A stretch of 64,000 nt of DNA, from NCBI GenBank assembly GCA_034520945.1, contig JAXHNB010000005.1, forward strand, positions 128,001 to 192,000, in the 5' to 3' direction. Shown here piece after piece: positions 51,317 to 62,100 of this stretch (its first letter is position 1; every line of letters starts with the position of its first letter). This DNA comes from Trueperaceae bacterium. GTDB taxonomy: Bacteria > Deinococcota > Deinococci > Deinococcales > Trueperaceae. The notes beneath the pieces were generated by a model. That model saw nothing but the letters and a program-made list of their open reading frames with translations, was not told the origin of the DNA and did no database searches. A program made the translations under genes and the position numbers.

Positions 51317-53031
51317 GCGTGAAACAGTTCGAGCGAAAGATCGACGGGGACGGGCGCCCCTACCTGGAGACCGATCTGCCGGGCGTGATGCTGACGCGCC
51401 TGCCGTTGCTGAACAAAGGGACCGCGTTTCCGCGCGAGGAACGGGACGCCTTCGGCCTGCACGGCCTGTTCCCCTCGCACGTGTCCACGCTGGACGAACA
51501 GGTGGCGCGGGCCGAGGCCAACCTGCGCGGCTTCGCCACCGATCTCGACAAGCACGTCTACCTGCGGGTGTTGCAGGACCGCAACGAAGTGTTGTTCTAC
51601 GCTTTGGTCGAGAGGAACCTCGAGGAGATTTTGCCGCTGATCTACACGCCGACCGTGGCCGAGGCGGTCGAGAAGTTCAGCCAGATCTACCGTCACCCGC
51701 GGGGGCTGGTCGTGTCGACGGAGACGATCGACCGCGTCGACGAACTGCTGGCCAACGTGCCGCAGCCCGATGTACGCCTGGCCGTGGCGACCGACAGCGA
51801 GGGGATCCTCGGCATCGGCGACCAGGGCTTCGGCGGCATGGCGATCTCGATCGGCAAGCTGTCGCTGTACACCGCCGGCGCCGGGGTGGATCCCGCCGTC
51901 ACCCTCCCCATCGAGTTGGACGTCGGCACCGACCGCGCGGACCTCCGCGAGGACCCGCTCTACCTCGGGGTACGGCACGCGCGGTTGCGTGGGCAGGAGT
52001 ACGAGGCGTTCATGGCCCGCTTCGTGAAGGCGTTCCGTGCCCGCTTCCCGCACGCGTTGCTGCAATGGGAGGACTTCAGCAAGCAGCCCGCGTTCGACCT
52101 GCTGGACCGCTACCGGGAGGAGCTCCCCAGCTTCAACGACGACGTGCAGGGCACCGGCGCCGTCGTTTTGGCGGGCCTGCTGGCGGCGGCGCGGGCCAGC
52201 GGTCGCGACATCACCACCGAGACCTTCTGCATTCACGGCGCCGGCGCCGGCGGGGTGGGGGTGGCGCGCCAGATCGTGAGCGGCTTGCGGCGGGCGGGCC
52301 TGTCCGAGCACGATGCGCGCCGGCGCGTGCTGGTGCTGGACTCTCGCGGCCTGATCACGGAGGGGCGGCGTGGCACGGACGTCTACAAGGGCGAGGTGGC
52401 CCAGGGCGCCGAGCGGATCGCCGGCTGGTCGTTCGGCGGCGAGGCACCCACCCTGCTCGAGACCATCCGCGAGGGGGGCGTCGCCGCCCTCATCGGCCTA
52501 TCGGGTCAGCGCGGGGCGTTCGACCGGGAGGTGGTCCAGGCGGTGGACCGCAACACGCCGGTGCCGATCGTGCTTCCCTTGTCGAACCCCACCAAGCACA
52601 GCGAGGCCACGCCGGAGGACGTGCTGGCGTGGACGGACGGCCGAGCCCTGGTCGCCACGGGAAGCCCGTTCGCCGACGTGGTGCGCGGGTCGACCCGGAC
52701 CGTGATCGGGCAGGGAAACAACGCCTTCGTGTTCCCGGGGCTGGGGCTCGGCGCGATGCTGTCCGACGCCACGCGGGTGAGCGACGGCATGCTGAGCGCG
52801 GCCGCTGAAGCGTTGGCCGAGGTCGTCGACCCCGCGCGCTTGGCGCAGGGGGCGTTGTACCCGCGCGTATCGAGGCTGCGTCACGTCAGTCGTCAGGTAG
52901 CGGTCGCCGTGATCCGGCAGGCGATCCAGGAGGGGGTGGCGCGCCGGACGTTCGACGGCGAGGACCTGGGCGAAGCCGTCTCGGCGGCGATGTGGGAGGC
53001 GACCTACCTACCCATCCGGCGCCCCGCCTGA
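51313..53031 (+). CDS. maeA: NAD-dependent malic enzyme
   Basis: LNKGTAF, IYTPTV, ILGIGDQG, QWEDF, FNDDVQGTG, GAGAGG, LSNPT, QGNNAFVFPG; start TTG 51313 or GTG 51319. Confidence 0.93.
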   Translation: MSVKQFERKIDGDGRPYLETDLPGVMLTRLPLLNKGTAFPREERDAFGLHGLFPSHVSTLDEQVARAEANLRGFATDLDKHVYLRVLQDRNEVLFYALVERNLEEILPLIYTPTVAEAVEKFSQIYRHPRGLVVSTETIDRVDELLANVPQPDVRLAVATDSEGILGIGDQGFGGMAISIGKLSLYTAGAGVDPAVTLPIELDVGTDRADLREDPLYLGVRHARLRGQEYEAFMARFVKAFRARFPHALLQWEDFSKQPAFDLLDRYREELPSFNDDVQGTGAVVLAGLLAAARASGRDITTETFCIHGAGAGGVGVARQIVSGLRRAGLSEHDARRRVLVLDSRGLITEGRRGTDVYKGEVAQGAERIAGWSFGGEAPTLLETIREGGVAALIGLSGQRGAFDREVVQAVDRNTPVPIVLPLSNPTKHSEATPEDVLAWTDGRALVATGSPFADVVRGSTRTVIGQGNNAFVFPGLGLGAMLSDATRVSDGMLSAAAEALAEVVDPARLAQGALYPRVSRLRHVSRQVAVAVIRQAIQEGVARRTFDGEDLGEAVSAAMWEATYLPIRRPA

Positions 53032-53035
53032 TCCG

Positions 53036-53578
53036 ATGGACCGGGCCGCGCTCCGGGCGGTGGCGTTGCGGGTCGCAGCCCTGGCGTTGCTGCTGCTGTT
53101 GGTGCTGGTCGCCGTGATCATCGCGCGCACCCTGAACCGGGTGCCGGACGCCACCATCCACCTGATCCGCTTCGAGGAGGACACGTTCACGCTGGTGCCC
53201 GTCCATCGCCGGTTGGGCACGCGCGAGCCGGCGGCGTTCGCGCACGCCGCGGTCGCGGCGCTGGCGGAGGGCCCCACCGCCTCCGAGGCGGAGGACGGGT
53301 TGGCCTCGGCCGTGCCCGAGGACACGCGGGTGCTGAGTGCCGAGCTGCGCGACGGATCGCTCACGGTGGACCTGTCGGCCGAATTCGAGGACGGAGGGGG
53401 CACCGCCTCCATGCGGGGGCGTCTGGAGCAGGTTCGCTGGACGTTGAGCGGCCCCTCGTCGGTGACGTCGGTACGGCTGTCGTTGGACGGCGCCCCGCTG
53501 AAGGTGCTGGGCGGCGAAGGCCTCCTGGTCGAGACGTCGTGGTCGCGGCCGCCGTCGGGGGCGTTGCCGCGTTGGTGA
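53036..53578 (+). CDS. GerMN-domain membrane-anchored protein
   Basis: LAEGPT..E..GL.SAVP..T, VDLSAEF..GGG, LEQVRWTL. Confidence 0.88.
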   Translation: MDRAALRAVALRVAALALLLLLVLVAVIIARTLNRVPDATIHLIRFEEDTFTLVPVHRRLGTREPAAFAHAAVAALAEGPTASEAEDGLASAVPEDTRVLSAELRDGSLTVDLSAEFEDGGGTASMRGRLEQVRWTLSGPSSVTSVRLSLDGAPLKVLGGEGLLVETSWSRPPSGALPRW

Positions 53579-53601
53579 GGTCGGCGAAGGTGGGGACGGG
53601 C

Positions 53602-54996
53602 ATGCTGCGATGGTGCTGGGCGGGCGCGTGGGCCCGGCGGGCGGGCCGCGCTGCGGCCGCGCTCGGGGTCGCGGCCACGTTGGCGTTGGCCGGCGCGGAG
53701 GCGTTGCCGAGCGACGCGGCATGGACGGAGGACCCCGGTGGCCGGGAACGCCTGTTCTCACTGGTGACGGACCGGGTGGAGGCGCTGTACTGGGATCCCG
53801 GTCACGTCGATTGGGAGGCGTGGCGCGCGCGGCACCGCCAGGCCGCACGCGAGGCGGCCGGGGCTTCCGGGTTCGACGCCGTCATGCGGCGCGCCTTCGC
53901 CGACCTTGGCGACGATCACTCCCGCTGGCTCGGTCGTGACGGTGGGCCTGCGGAGGTACCGGAGGAAGAGGAGGAGCCGGTGCCCCTGCCCGAGGAGGAC
54001 CCCGGTGACGATCCCGGGGAGGACGGCGCGCCCGCGTCGGAGGTCGGTACGCCGGCGGTCCAGGGGCGGCTGGACGAAGCGACGGCGGTCGCGCACGTGC
54101 GCTTGGCCGACCTGAGCCCCGGCACGGCCGCGCAGGTGCACGCCGAGGTGGCCCGCCTCCGCGACGAGGGGGCGCGCGCGCTCGTTCTGGACGTGCGTGG
54201 CAACCCCGGGGGCGCGGTGACCGAGCTGGGCCTGGTGCTGGGGCTCGTCGGAGAGGGGCCGTGGATCGAGGCGCGGGGTCGCGACGGGGTGGCCTGGACC
54301 TTGGAGATCGAACGGGGCGCCTCCCTCGTCGCCGTGCTCACGCGCGAGCCCGGTCCCGGACGGGGCGAGGTCGTCGCGCGCGACGAGATCGCCGACTGGA
54401 CGCGCTGGGAGGGCCCCCTGGCCGTGCTCGTCGACGGCGGCACGGCCAGCGCGGCCGAGGCGTTGGCGGGCGCACTGGTGCGGCGTGCCGACGTGCCCGC
54501 CGTCGGCCAACCGACGCCGGACAACGTCGAGACGGTGCGTCACGTGTCGTTTCCGGCCGGACGGGCGGCCTGGCTGGCGGTCGGCACGCTTCGCCTGGCC
54601 GGCGGGGCGCCGCTGGCGCCGGTGCCGTTGACGACCGACGTCGGCGAATCGCCGTACGCGGACGACGGTTGGGACGCCGCGTTCGCGGAGGCGGTGCGCC
54701 TGTTGCGGGATCTTCCCGGCGCGCCGGGCCGGTGGTTCCGCGTTCCGGGCTCGGTTGTGCCGGGCCACGAGGCGGTGGTAAGGTGCTGCGGATTGCCCGA
54801 GGGTGCCCCCCCACAGGGCGCGCCAGCGCCGGGAGCGGCGAGCGAACGTCGAGCACGACACGAACCGTTTTCGGTTCGCGCCATGCACGGTGGGACGAGG
54901 GTGGTGCGCCCGACAGGATTCGAACCTGTGGCCTTTCGCTCCGGAGGCGAACGCTCTATCCGGCTGAGCTACGGGCGCCGAAGGTCCGGCCACTAG
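53602..54996 (+). CDS. S41-family peptidase-like protein lacking PDZ; 3' end runs antisense through tRNA-Arg
   Basis: LGDDHS, LVLDVRGNPGG, VLVDGGTASAAE. Confidence 0.75.
   Translation: MLRWCWAGAWARRAGRAAAALGVAATLALAGAEALPSDAAWTEDPGGRERLFSLVTDRVEALYWDPGHVDWEAWRARHRQAAREAAGASGFDAVMRRAFADLGDDHSRWLGRDGGPAEVPEEEEEPVPLPEEDPGDDPGEDGAPASEVGTPAVQGRLDEATAVAHVRLADLSPGTAAQVHAEVARLRDEGARALVLDVRGNPGGAVTELGLVLGLVGEGPWIEARGRDGVAWTLEIERGASLVAVLTREPGPGRGEVVARDEIADWTRWEGPLAVLVDGGTASAAEALAGALVRRADVPAVGQPTPDNVETVRHVSFPAGRAAWLAVGTLRLAGGAPLAPVPLTTDVGESPYADDGWDAAFAEAVRLLRDLPGAPGRWFRVPGSVVPGHEAVVRCCGLPEGAPPQGAPAPGAASERRARHEPFSVRAMHGGTRVVRPTGFEPVAFRSGGERSIRLSYGRRRSGH
54861..54878 (-). terminator. Hairpin downstream of tRNA-Arg
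   Basis: CGAACCG-N4-CGGTTCG perfect 7-bp stem, 23 nt 3' of the tRNA; weak U tract. Confidence 0.45.
54902..54978 (-). tRNA. tRNA-Arg (anticodon CCG)
   Basis: GCGCCCGTAGCTCAGCCGGATAGAGCG TTCGC-CTCCGGA-GCGAA AGGCCACAGGTTCGAATCCTGTCGGGCGCACCA; 77-nt cloverleaf with encoded CCA. Confidence 0.97.
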
Positions 54997-55029
54997 GTCT
55001 AGCATCGTCATCTGGAGGAAGTCAAGCGC

Positions 55030-57222
55030 ATGAAGCTGAGTCGCCGCACCAACACCATCATCTTGTGGATCGTCTCGATCGGCCTCTTGGTCGGGATGGT
55101 CATCACCTTCACGCCCACGCTGGGGGCACTTACAGGCCACGGTCGGGGTCAACAGAGCGAGCCGGCGCTGTTCGTCAACGAGGAGCCCATCACCCAGGTC
55201 GAGGTCTCGCAGGCGCGCCAGTCGTCCCCGATGTTCAGCATGATTCGCGAAGGTCCCGTCGCCGAGGACCTGGACCTGTTGCTGACCGACCGCTTGATCC
55301 GTCAGGAGATCGTGCGCCAGGCGGCGGCGCAGCAGCGCGTCGGGAACGGGGAGGTGCGCGACGAACTGCAGGCGTTCCGGGAACGCAACGGCGTGGACGG
55401 CTCGCAGAACGACCAGGCCTACCTGCGTCTGATCGGGCGTGCCGGCTACACCGATCAGACCTTCCGGGACTACCTCCGGCAACAGTTGCAGACCCAGAAG
55501 TGGCAGCAGGAGATCGTCTCCGGCGTCGAGGTCAGCGACGCCGAGGTCGAGGCCTACTACGAGGTCAACACCGATGCCTACCAGAGCGAGCCGCGCGTCG
55601 AGGCCCGGCAGATCGTGACGGAGGATCGTGCGTTGGCGGAGGAGCTCCGCGAACGCGTGCAGGAAGGCGAATCGTTCGAAGCGTTGGCCCGTGAGCACAG
55701 CACGCGGCGGGCCGAGCAGGGCGGTGCGCTGGGCGGCGAGGAGCCCGAGCCGGTGGGCCGTCCGGCGTTCCCCTCCGCCGTGGCCGACGCCGTGTTCGGC
55801 ATGAACGGCCCAGGGTTGAGCGAGATCGTCGAGGTGGCCGGCGCCTTCTACCTGGTGCAGGTCGAATCGTCCATTCCCGCCGAGTCGCGCCCCTTGGAAG
55901 AGGTCCGTGACCAGGTCCGTCAGGACGCGCTGGAGGCCAAGCAGCAGGCCGCGGTGGAGGAACGGATCGAGGCGTTGCGCAGCGACGCGGAGGTGCGGTT
56001 GGCCGAAGGGAGCGACCTGGCGCTCGATGATGCGGTCGTCGCCCGCGTGGGCCAGAGCGAGATTCACGCGACCGATCTGGTGCGCGCGACTTACACCAAC
56101 CCGCAGATCCAGCAGGCGCTGAGTCCGGAGACCGCCTCGCTGATCTCGGACTTCTTCAAGCCCAGCATCCTGGAGCAGTTGGTCGACCGCCGACTCGCAG
56201 TGCGGGGCGCGAGCGAGTTGGACGCGACCTTCTTCGGGACCGACGCGCAGGTCGCCCAGATGGCCCTGGACTACGTCGCGCGCGACGCCGAGGCCACCGA
56301 AGAGGACATCGAGGCGTACTACCAGAACAACCAGGACCGCTACACGGTGGCCGCGTCGGCCGAGGTGGTGCGGGGGACGTTCGAGGACGCGGAGGCGGCT
56401 CGCGACTTCCGTACGGACGTCCTGGCCGGGACCGACCCCATGGAGGCCGCGTCCGAGGAGGCCGTGGAGGACCTGGGCGAGGTCGGCCCCGGCGATCTGA
56501 CCAGCGAACTCGACACGGCGTTGTTCGAGACCGACGCCTTCGAGCCGCTTCCGGACGGTGAACGCGGCGTGTCCGACGTTCTCGTCGTCGAGCGGCCCGC
56601 CCCGTCGTCCGACGAGGAGGGTCAAGCCGACCCGGAGAGCCAAGACGGCGAGGAGCAGGAGACGCCCGACAGCGACGAGGACACGCCGGCCCAGGACGAT
56701 GCGGCCCAGGACGATGCGGGTCAGGAGGAATCGGCCGAGGGCGAGCCGGCGGCCGAGGAAGGCCAGGACGCCGACGACGAGGCCGTGGCCGAGGGCGATG
56801 CGGACGCCGCCCCCGAGCAGGCCGACGCCCCACCGGAGACGATCGACGAGTACGTGGTGCTGGTGGCGGCGCGCACGCCGGAGCGGGTGCGCCCCCTGGA
56901 GGAGGTCCGCGCCGACGTGGAACAGGCCGTGCTGGCACAGGAACGGCAGCGGCTGCAACGCGAGTGGCTGGAGGGGCTCCGCGAGGACGCGGAGGTCGAG
57001 GTCCTTCTCGAATCGGCCTCGCAGCCCCGGACCGCCCCGAGCATCGAAGGGGACCAGCTCCCCGGCGGCGAGGAGGCGCCCGAGACGATCGAGGAGGTCG
57101 TTCCGGATGCCGGCGAGGACGCAGCCGAAGACGCGGGCGAGGACGCGGGCGACGCCGATGGCGGTGGAAGCGTCGCCGACCCCGATGCGACCCCGCAGGA
57201 CGCCGAGCAGGACCAAGAGTAG
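55030..57222 (+). CDS. SurA/PpiD/PrsA-like parvulin peptidyl-prolyl isomerase
   Basis: N-terminal TM, SurA-N-like region, rotamase motif FEALAREHS...GGALG; duplicated modules with acidic inserts. Confidence 0.85.
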   Translation: MKLSRRTNTIILWIVSIGLLVGMVITFTPTLGALTGHGRGQQSEPALFVNEEPITQVEVSQARQSSPMFSMIREGPVAEDLDLLLTDRLIRQEIVRQAAAQQRVGNGEVRDELQAFRERNGVDGSQNDQAYLRLIGRAGYTDQTFRDYLRQQLQTQKWQQEIVSGVEVSDAEVEAYYEVNTDAYQSEPRVEARQIVTEDRALAEELRERVQEGESFEALAREHSTRRAEQGGALGGEEPEPVGRPAFPSAVADAVFGMNGPGLSEIVEVAGAFYLVQVESSIPAESRPLEEVRDQVRQDALEAKQQAAVEERIEALRSDAEVRLAEGSDLALDDAVVARVGQSEIHATDLVRATYTNPQIQQALSPETASLISDFFKPSILEQLVDRRLAVRGASELDATFFGTDAQVAQMALDYVARDAEATEEDIEAYYQNNQDRYTVAASAEVVRGTFEDAEAARDFRTDVLAGTDPMEAASEEAVEDLGEVGPGDLTSELDTALFETDAFEPLPDGERGVSDVLVVERPAPSSDEEGQADPESQDGEEQETPDSDEDTPAQDDAAQDDAGQEESAEGEPAAEEGQDADDEAVAEGDADAAPEQADAPPETIDEYVVLVAARTPERVRPLEEVRADVEQAVLAQERQRLQREWLEGLREDAEVEVLLESASQPRTAPSIEGDQLPGGEEAPETIEEVVPDAGEDAAEDAGEDAGDADGGGSVADPDATPQDAEQDQE

Positions 57223-57305
57223 GTCACCGGCGCGTCGTGCCCCTTGCGCGGCCCGGGCGTGGATCGCCCGGGCCGCGCGCCCGTTCGGGGTAGGCTTCCC
57301 TCGCG

Positions 57306-58841
57306 ATGAAGCGTGCCTTGCTCAGCGTATCCGACAAACGGGGTCTCGTCCCCTTCGCCCGCGGTCTCCACGAGGCGGGGTTCGCGCTGGTCTCCAGTGG
57401 TGGGACCGCCCGGGCGCTGCACGAGGCCGGACTTCCCGTCCGCCGCGTCGAGGAGGTGACCGGCCACCCCGAGATCCTGGGCGGGCGCGTCAAGACCTTG
57501 CACCCAGCCATTCACGGCGGCCTGCTGGCGCGCGACGCCGATGAGGATCGCGCCGAACTGGCCGCGCACGGCATCGCCCCGTTCGATCTGCTGGTCGTCA
57601 ACCTGTACCCGTTCGCCCGCGTGGCGCGCGACCCCAGCGCGTCGACCGAACGCGTCACCGAGACCATCGACGTGGGCGGGCCCGCCATGCTGCGGGCCGC
57701 GGCGAAGAACTGGGCGCGGGTCGGGGTGGTGATCGACCCCAGCGCGTACGACGAGGTGCTCGAGCAGGTTCGCGCCGGCGGCCCGGACCGGGCGCAGCGA
57801 CGACGGTGGGCGCGGGCGGCCTTCGCCCACGCCGCCGCGTACGACGCGGCCATCGTGCAGTGGTTCGACGCGACCGACCCCGACCTGCCGGCCGGCGAGC
57901 ACCCGCCGTCGCTGCACCTGACGCTGGAACGGGCCCAGACGCTTCGCTACGGCGAGAATCCCCACCAGCGGGCGGCGCGGTACCGCACGCCGGAGGGCGG
58001 CGGGTTCTGGGACGCGCTGATCACGCACAAGGGCCGCGCGCCGTCGTGGTTGAACCTGCTCGACGCCGACGCCGCGTGGCGGCTGGCGCACGCGATCGGG
58101 GACCCGTCCGCCGTCGTCGTCAAGCACGCCGACCCCTGCGGCGCGGCCGTGGCGGAGACCGCGCACGAGGCGTACGCGCGCGCGTTCGCGGCCGATCCCG
58201 TCTCCGCCTTCGGCGGGGTGGTGGCCATCCGCGGCACCGTCGACGCGGCGTTGGCCCGTGCGGTGATGGACGCCCCCAAGGCGGACGTGCTGATCGCGCG
58301 GGGGTACGACGCGGAGGCGCTGGAGATCCTCCGGTCGCGGCGCAAGGCGATGCGGGTCTGGGAGGCGCCGGCACCGAGCCCCCGCGGTTTGGATCTTCGC
58401 GCGGTGGACGGCGGGTACTTGGCGCAGACGCCGGACGAGGCCGGGTTCGATCAAAACGCCATGCAGGTCGCGACCGGCCGAGCCCCCAGCGAGGAGGAGT
58501 GGCGCGACCTGGCCGTGGCCTGGCGCGTGTGTGCGGCCACCTCCTCCAACGCGATCGTGCTGGCGAAGGACGGCGTGGCGCTCGGCGTCGGCGCGGGGCA
58601 GCCGAACCGCGTCGACGCGGCGCGCATCGCCGCGACCAAGGCCGATGGGCGCGCCCGCGGCGGCGCGGCGGCCTCCGACGCCTTCTTCCCGTTCCGGGAC
58701 GGGCTCGACGCGGTGGCGGAGGCGGGCGTCTCGGCCGTGATTCAGCCGGGCGGGTCGGTGCGCGACGACGAGGTGACCGGGGCCGCGGAGGCCCACGGCA
58801 TCACCATGGTGTTGAGCGGCACCCGACGCTTCCGGCACTGA
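57306..58841 (+). CDS. purH: Bifunctional AICAR transformylase/IMP cyclohydrolase
   Basis: [48 protein letters not shown]. Confidence 0.97.
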   Translation: MKRALLSVSDKRGLVPFARGLHEAGFALVSSGGTARALHEAGLPVRRVEEVTGHPEILGGRVKTLHPAIHGGLLARDADEDRAELAAHGIAPFDLLVVNLYPFARVARDPSASTERVTETIDVGGPAMLRAAAKNWARVGVVIDPSAYDEVLEQVRAGGPDRAQRRRWARAAFAHAAAYDAAIVQWFDATDPDLPAGEHPPSLHLTLERAQTLRYGENPHQRAARYRTPEGGGFWDALITHKGRAPSWLNLLDADAAWRLAHAIGDPSAVVVKHADPCGAAVAETAHEAYARAFAADPVSAFGGVVAIRGTVDAALARAVMDAPKADVLIARGYDAEALEILRSRRKAMRVWEAPAPSPRGLDLRAVDGGYLAQTPDEAGFDQNAMQVATGRAPSEEEWRDLAVAWRVCAATSSNAIVLAKDGVALGVGAGQPNRVDAARIAATKADGRARGGAAASDAFFPFRDGLDAVAEAGVSAVIQPGGSVRDDEVTGAAEAHGITMVLSGTRRFRH

Positions 58842-58937
58842 AGCAAAACCGGATGTACGACGCTTCACATTCGGGTCCGGGCGCGGCGGTCGCCGTCGCG
58901 GCGGTCGCGGCGCCCGGACGGCGTTCGTGCGCCCTCG

Positions 58938-58984
58938 CGTGCAGGGGTTGTGCCGGGCCGTGCGCCGCGTACCAGATCTTGTAT
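58938..58984. promoter_or_regulatory. NrdR box(es) upstream of nrdJ
   Basis: GTACCAGATCTTGTAT (58969-58984) fits the C-x-A-x-A-T-x-T-x-G core; degenerate partner 31 bp upstream (58938-58953). Confidence 0.65.
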
Positions 58985-59008
58985 CGGTGCGGGCGTACCT
59001 GCTAGGCT
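58979..59008 (+). promoter_or_regulatory. Probable nrdJ promoter
   Basis: TTGTAT, 18 bp, TAGGCT with extended TG; -35 overlaps the NrdR box. Confidence 0.55.
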
Positions 59009-59175
59009 ACGCGAAGCACCCAGGCACGGTGGCACCCCGGCCGGATTCATCCTCCGAAGGGCTCCACGCCCGGCCGTCGCCTAGATGCACCCGTTCGCGA
59101 GCGGCCGCCCAGCCGTGCCCTGTCGGCACGGAGATGCGTCGCCGTCGCCCGACATCGTTCGAGGAGAGAAACGCC

Positions 59176-62100
59176 ATGGCCGACACCCCCCAGCACGACG
59201 CCGATCCCCGGCTCGACGCCTTCGACCCCCACGCGATCACGATCGCCCGGCGGCAGTACTTCCAGCCCGGGGACGAGGACCTCGCGGGGATGTTCCGCCG
59301 CGTGGCGGCGTGGATCGCTGGGCCCGAGCAGGACCGCGAGGCGTGGACGGAAACGTTCTACGACCTGATGGCGGACAAGCGGTTCTGCCCCGGCGGTCGG
59401 GTCCTGGCGGGGGCGGCGACGCATCACGGAAACGTCCTGAACTGCTTCGTGCAGGACGGGCGCCCGGCCGATGCCGGGACGGACGCCTGGGTGCTTTCGC
59501 TGGCGACCAAGCTGGCGCTGGTGACCAAGGTGGGGGGCGGCAACGGCCTGTGCCTGGATCCGATCACGCCGGGACGCGACTACGAGGGACCGCAGGGAAC
59601 TTTGTACCTCACCATCTCGCCGGACCACGAAGATTACGACAAGGTCCGCGACGGCACCTTCATGGACCTCGTGCACGGCAGCTACGTGACGCGCGGCTAC
59701 CGTTCCGCCCGCTTCGTATCGTCGAGCGAAGCACCCGCAGGGCTCGAGGCCCAGCCCGTCGGCGACAGCGTCGACGAGATCTGGAAGGCCGCCGGCGACG
59801 CCGCCATGGCGATGCTGGACGGACGCGACGTGCTGTTGGACCTGTCCGGCCTTCGGGCCGAGGGCACGCCGGTGGAGGGCTCCGGCGGCACCAGCAGCGG
59901 GCCGTCCAGCTTCGCGGTGGAGGTGTTCGACAACTTCGCGACCTGGGCCGCCCTGGGCGGTGCGGCGCACGCGGGACCGGTCGCCACGCTCCGCTACGTG
60001 TTCGCGCCCACGCTGCGGGCCATCCGCCAGGGCGGCACCCGCCGCGGCGCCGGGATGGCGACCCTGTCGATCACGCACCCGGACGTGCGGGACTTCGTGA
60101 CGAGCAAGGACTTAGGCCGGGAGGAGGCCGAGGGCGACATCAGCACCTTCAACATCAGCGTGCTGGTCAGCGACGCCTTCATGGCCTCGGCTCGGCGGGA
60201 CGGCCCGGGCAAGGCGACCCTGAAGGACATCGCCGAGCACGCCTGGGCGACGGGTGAACCGGGCCTGATCTACGTCGACCGCATCAACGAGCACAACCCC
60301 ATGCGGGCGGCGTACGGCGACATCAAGAGCACCAACCCGTGCGTGACGGCCGACACCTGGGTGGACACCGACCGCGGCGCCCGCCGCGTCGGCGACCTGG
60401 TGGACCGCCCGTTCTGCGCCGTCATCGACGGCCAGGCCTACCCGCTCCGCTCCGAAGGGTTCTTCTCGACCGGGGTGAAGCCGGTGGTCCGCCTTCGCAC
60501 CCGCCGCGGCTTCACGCTGCGGTCGACGGAGGATCACCGCTTGGCGCGCGTCGTCTCGGCGGGCGCGGCGCGCACGACCGAATGGACCGAGGTGCGGGAC
60601 CTGCGGCCCGGCGATCGCGTCCGCCTCGGCGACCAGCGCGGCGTGCGTCCCTGGAGCGGACCGGGCAGCGACGGCGAAGGCTGGCTGCTGGGCCTGCTGG
60701 CGGCCGCCGGGACGTTCACCGTGGGGGAGGACGGCGTCGCCGATCTGGAGCTGCGCGGGACCGATCGTGAGGCGTTGGCCGCACAGGCGGAGGCGGTCGT
60801 CCGGGAGCTGCGCCACCCGTTCCCACGCCTCCAGCGCCGCGACGAGGACGGCGCGGTGCGGCTGGCCTCGCGCGCGTTGGGCGACCTGGCGCGCCGCTAC
60901 GGCGTCGCGCCGGGGGGCGTCACGCGCGGCGACGCCGTCGAAGAGGGCAGCTACGCGTTCACGACCGGCTTCCTGCGGGGCGTGTTCGACGCCGCCGCTC
61001 ACGGCGCGGGCACGTCGCTGGCGCTGGCGTTCACGGGGGAGATACTGCCGGCCCGCGTGCACCGCATGCTGGCGCGCCTCGGGGTGATCGCGAGCCTGCG
61101 GCCGGGGGCGGAGCCGGCGGCGCGGAACGCGCGGACCGTGCTCACCGTCACGGGCGCCGACCTGGCGTCGTTCCGGGCGCGCATCGGCGCGGCGGTGGCG
61201 CCGGCGCAGGCGCGGTTGGCGGCGTTGCCGGGCCCCGCCGCCGAGACCGAAGCTGAAACCGAGGCCGAGGACGCCGACGCCGTCGGCCGCTTCGCCGACG
61301 TGGTCGAGGCCATCGAGCCGGACGGCGAGGCGGAGGTGTTCGACGTGAGCGTCGATCACGTCCACGCCTTCACCGCCAACGGGATCCACGCCCACAACTG
61401 CGGCGAAATCCCCCTCTACGCCGGCGAACCGTGCGACCTGGGCGCGATGAACCTGTCCGCCTACGTGACGAACCCGATGCGTGGCCTGGACGGCTTCGAC
61501 ACCGAACGCTTCCGGGAGGACGCCGCGAGCTGCGTGCGCTTCCTCGACAACGTGCTGGAGGTCAACCGCTTCGCCCTCGAGGACAACCGCGAGATGAGCA
61601 TGAAGCTGCGCCGCTTGGGCCTCGGGGTGATGGGGATGGCCGACGCGTTGATCAAGATGGGCTACGCCTATCATTCGGAGCAGGGCCGCGCCGCCGTGCA
61701 CGCCATGATCTCCGAGTTGCGCGACGCGGCGGTGACGGCCAGCGAACGGCTGGCGGAGGAGCGCGGCGCGTTCCCGGCCTATCCGGACAGCGAGCTCACG
61801 CGCGAGCGTCGCAACGTCGCCGTGCTCACCGTCGCACCGACCGGGACCACCAGCATGCTGATGGGCGTCAGCTCCGGCGTGGAACCCGTGTTCGCGCCGT
61901 TCATCTACCGCAAGATCGGCGACGCCTACGCGGCGTTGGTGCACCCGCTGTTCCAGGAGCTCTTGAACCGGCACGCCCCCCATCCCGCCTTCGAGAAGGA
62001 CGGCGGTTGGGATTGGGAGGCCGTGGTCGAGCAGGTGCAGGACAATCACGGCTCGGTGCAGGGCCTGGACTTCGTGCCGGACGAGGTGAAGTCGGTGCTG

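Noticed and set aside
54902..54978. Genomic island integrated at tRNA-Arg
   Set aside because: No integrase and no duplicated tRNA 3' end were found in the window; the flanks are core-like genes.
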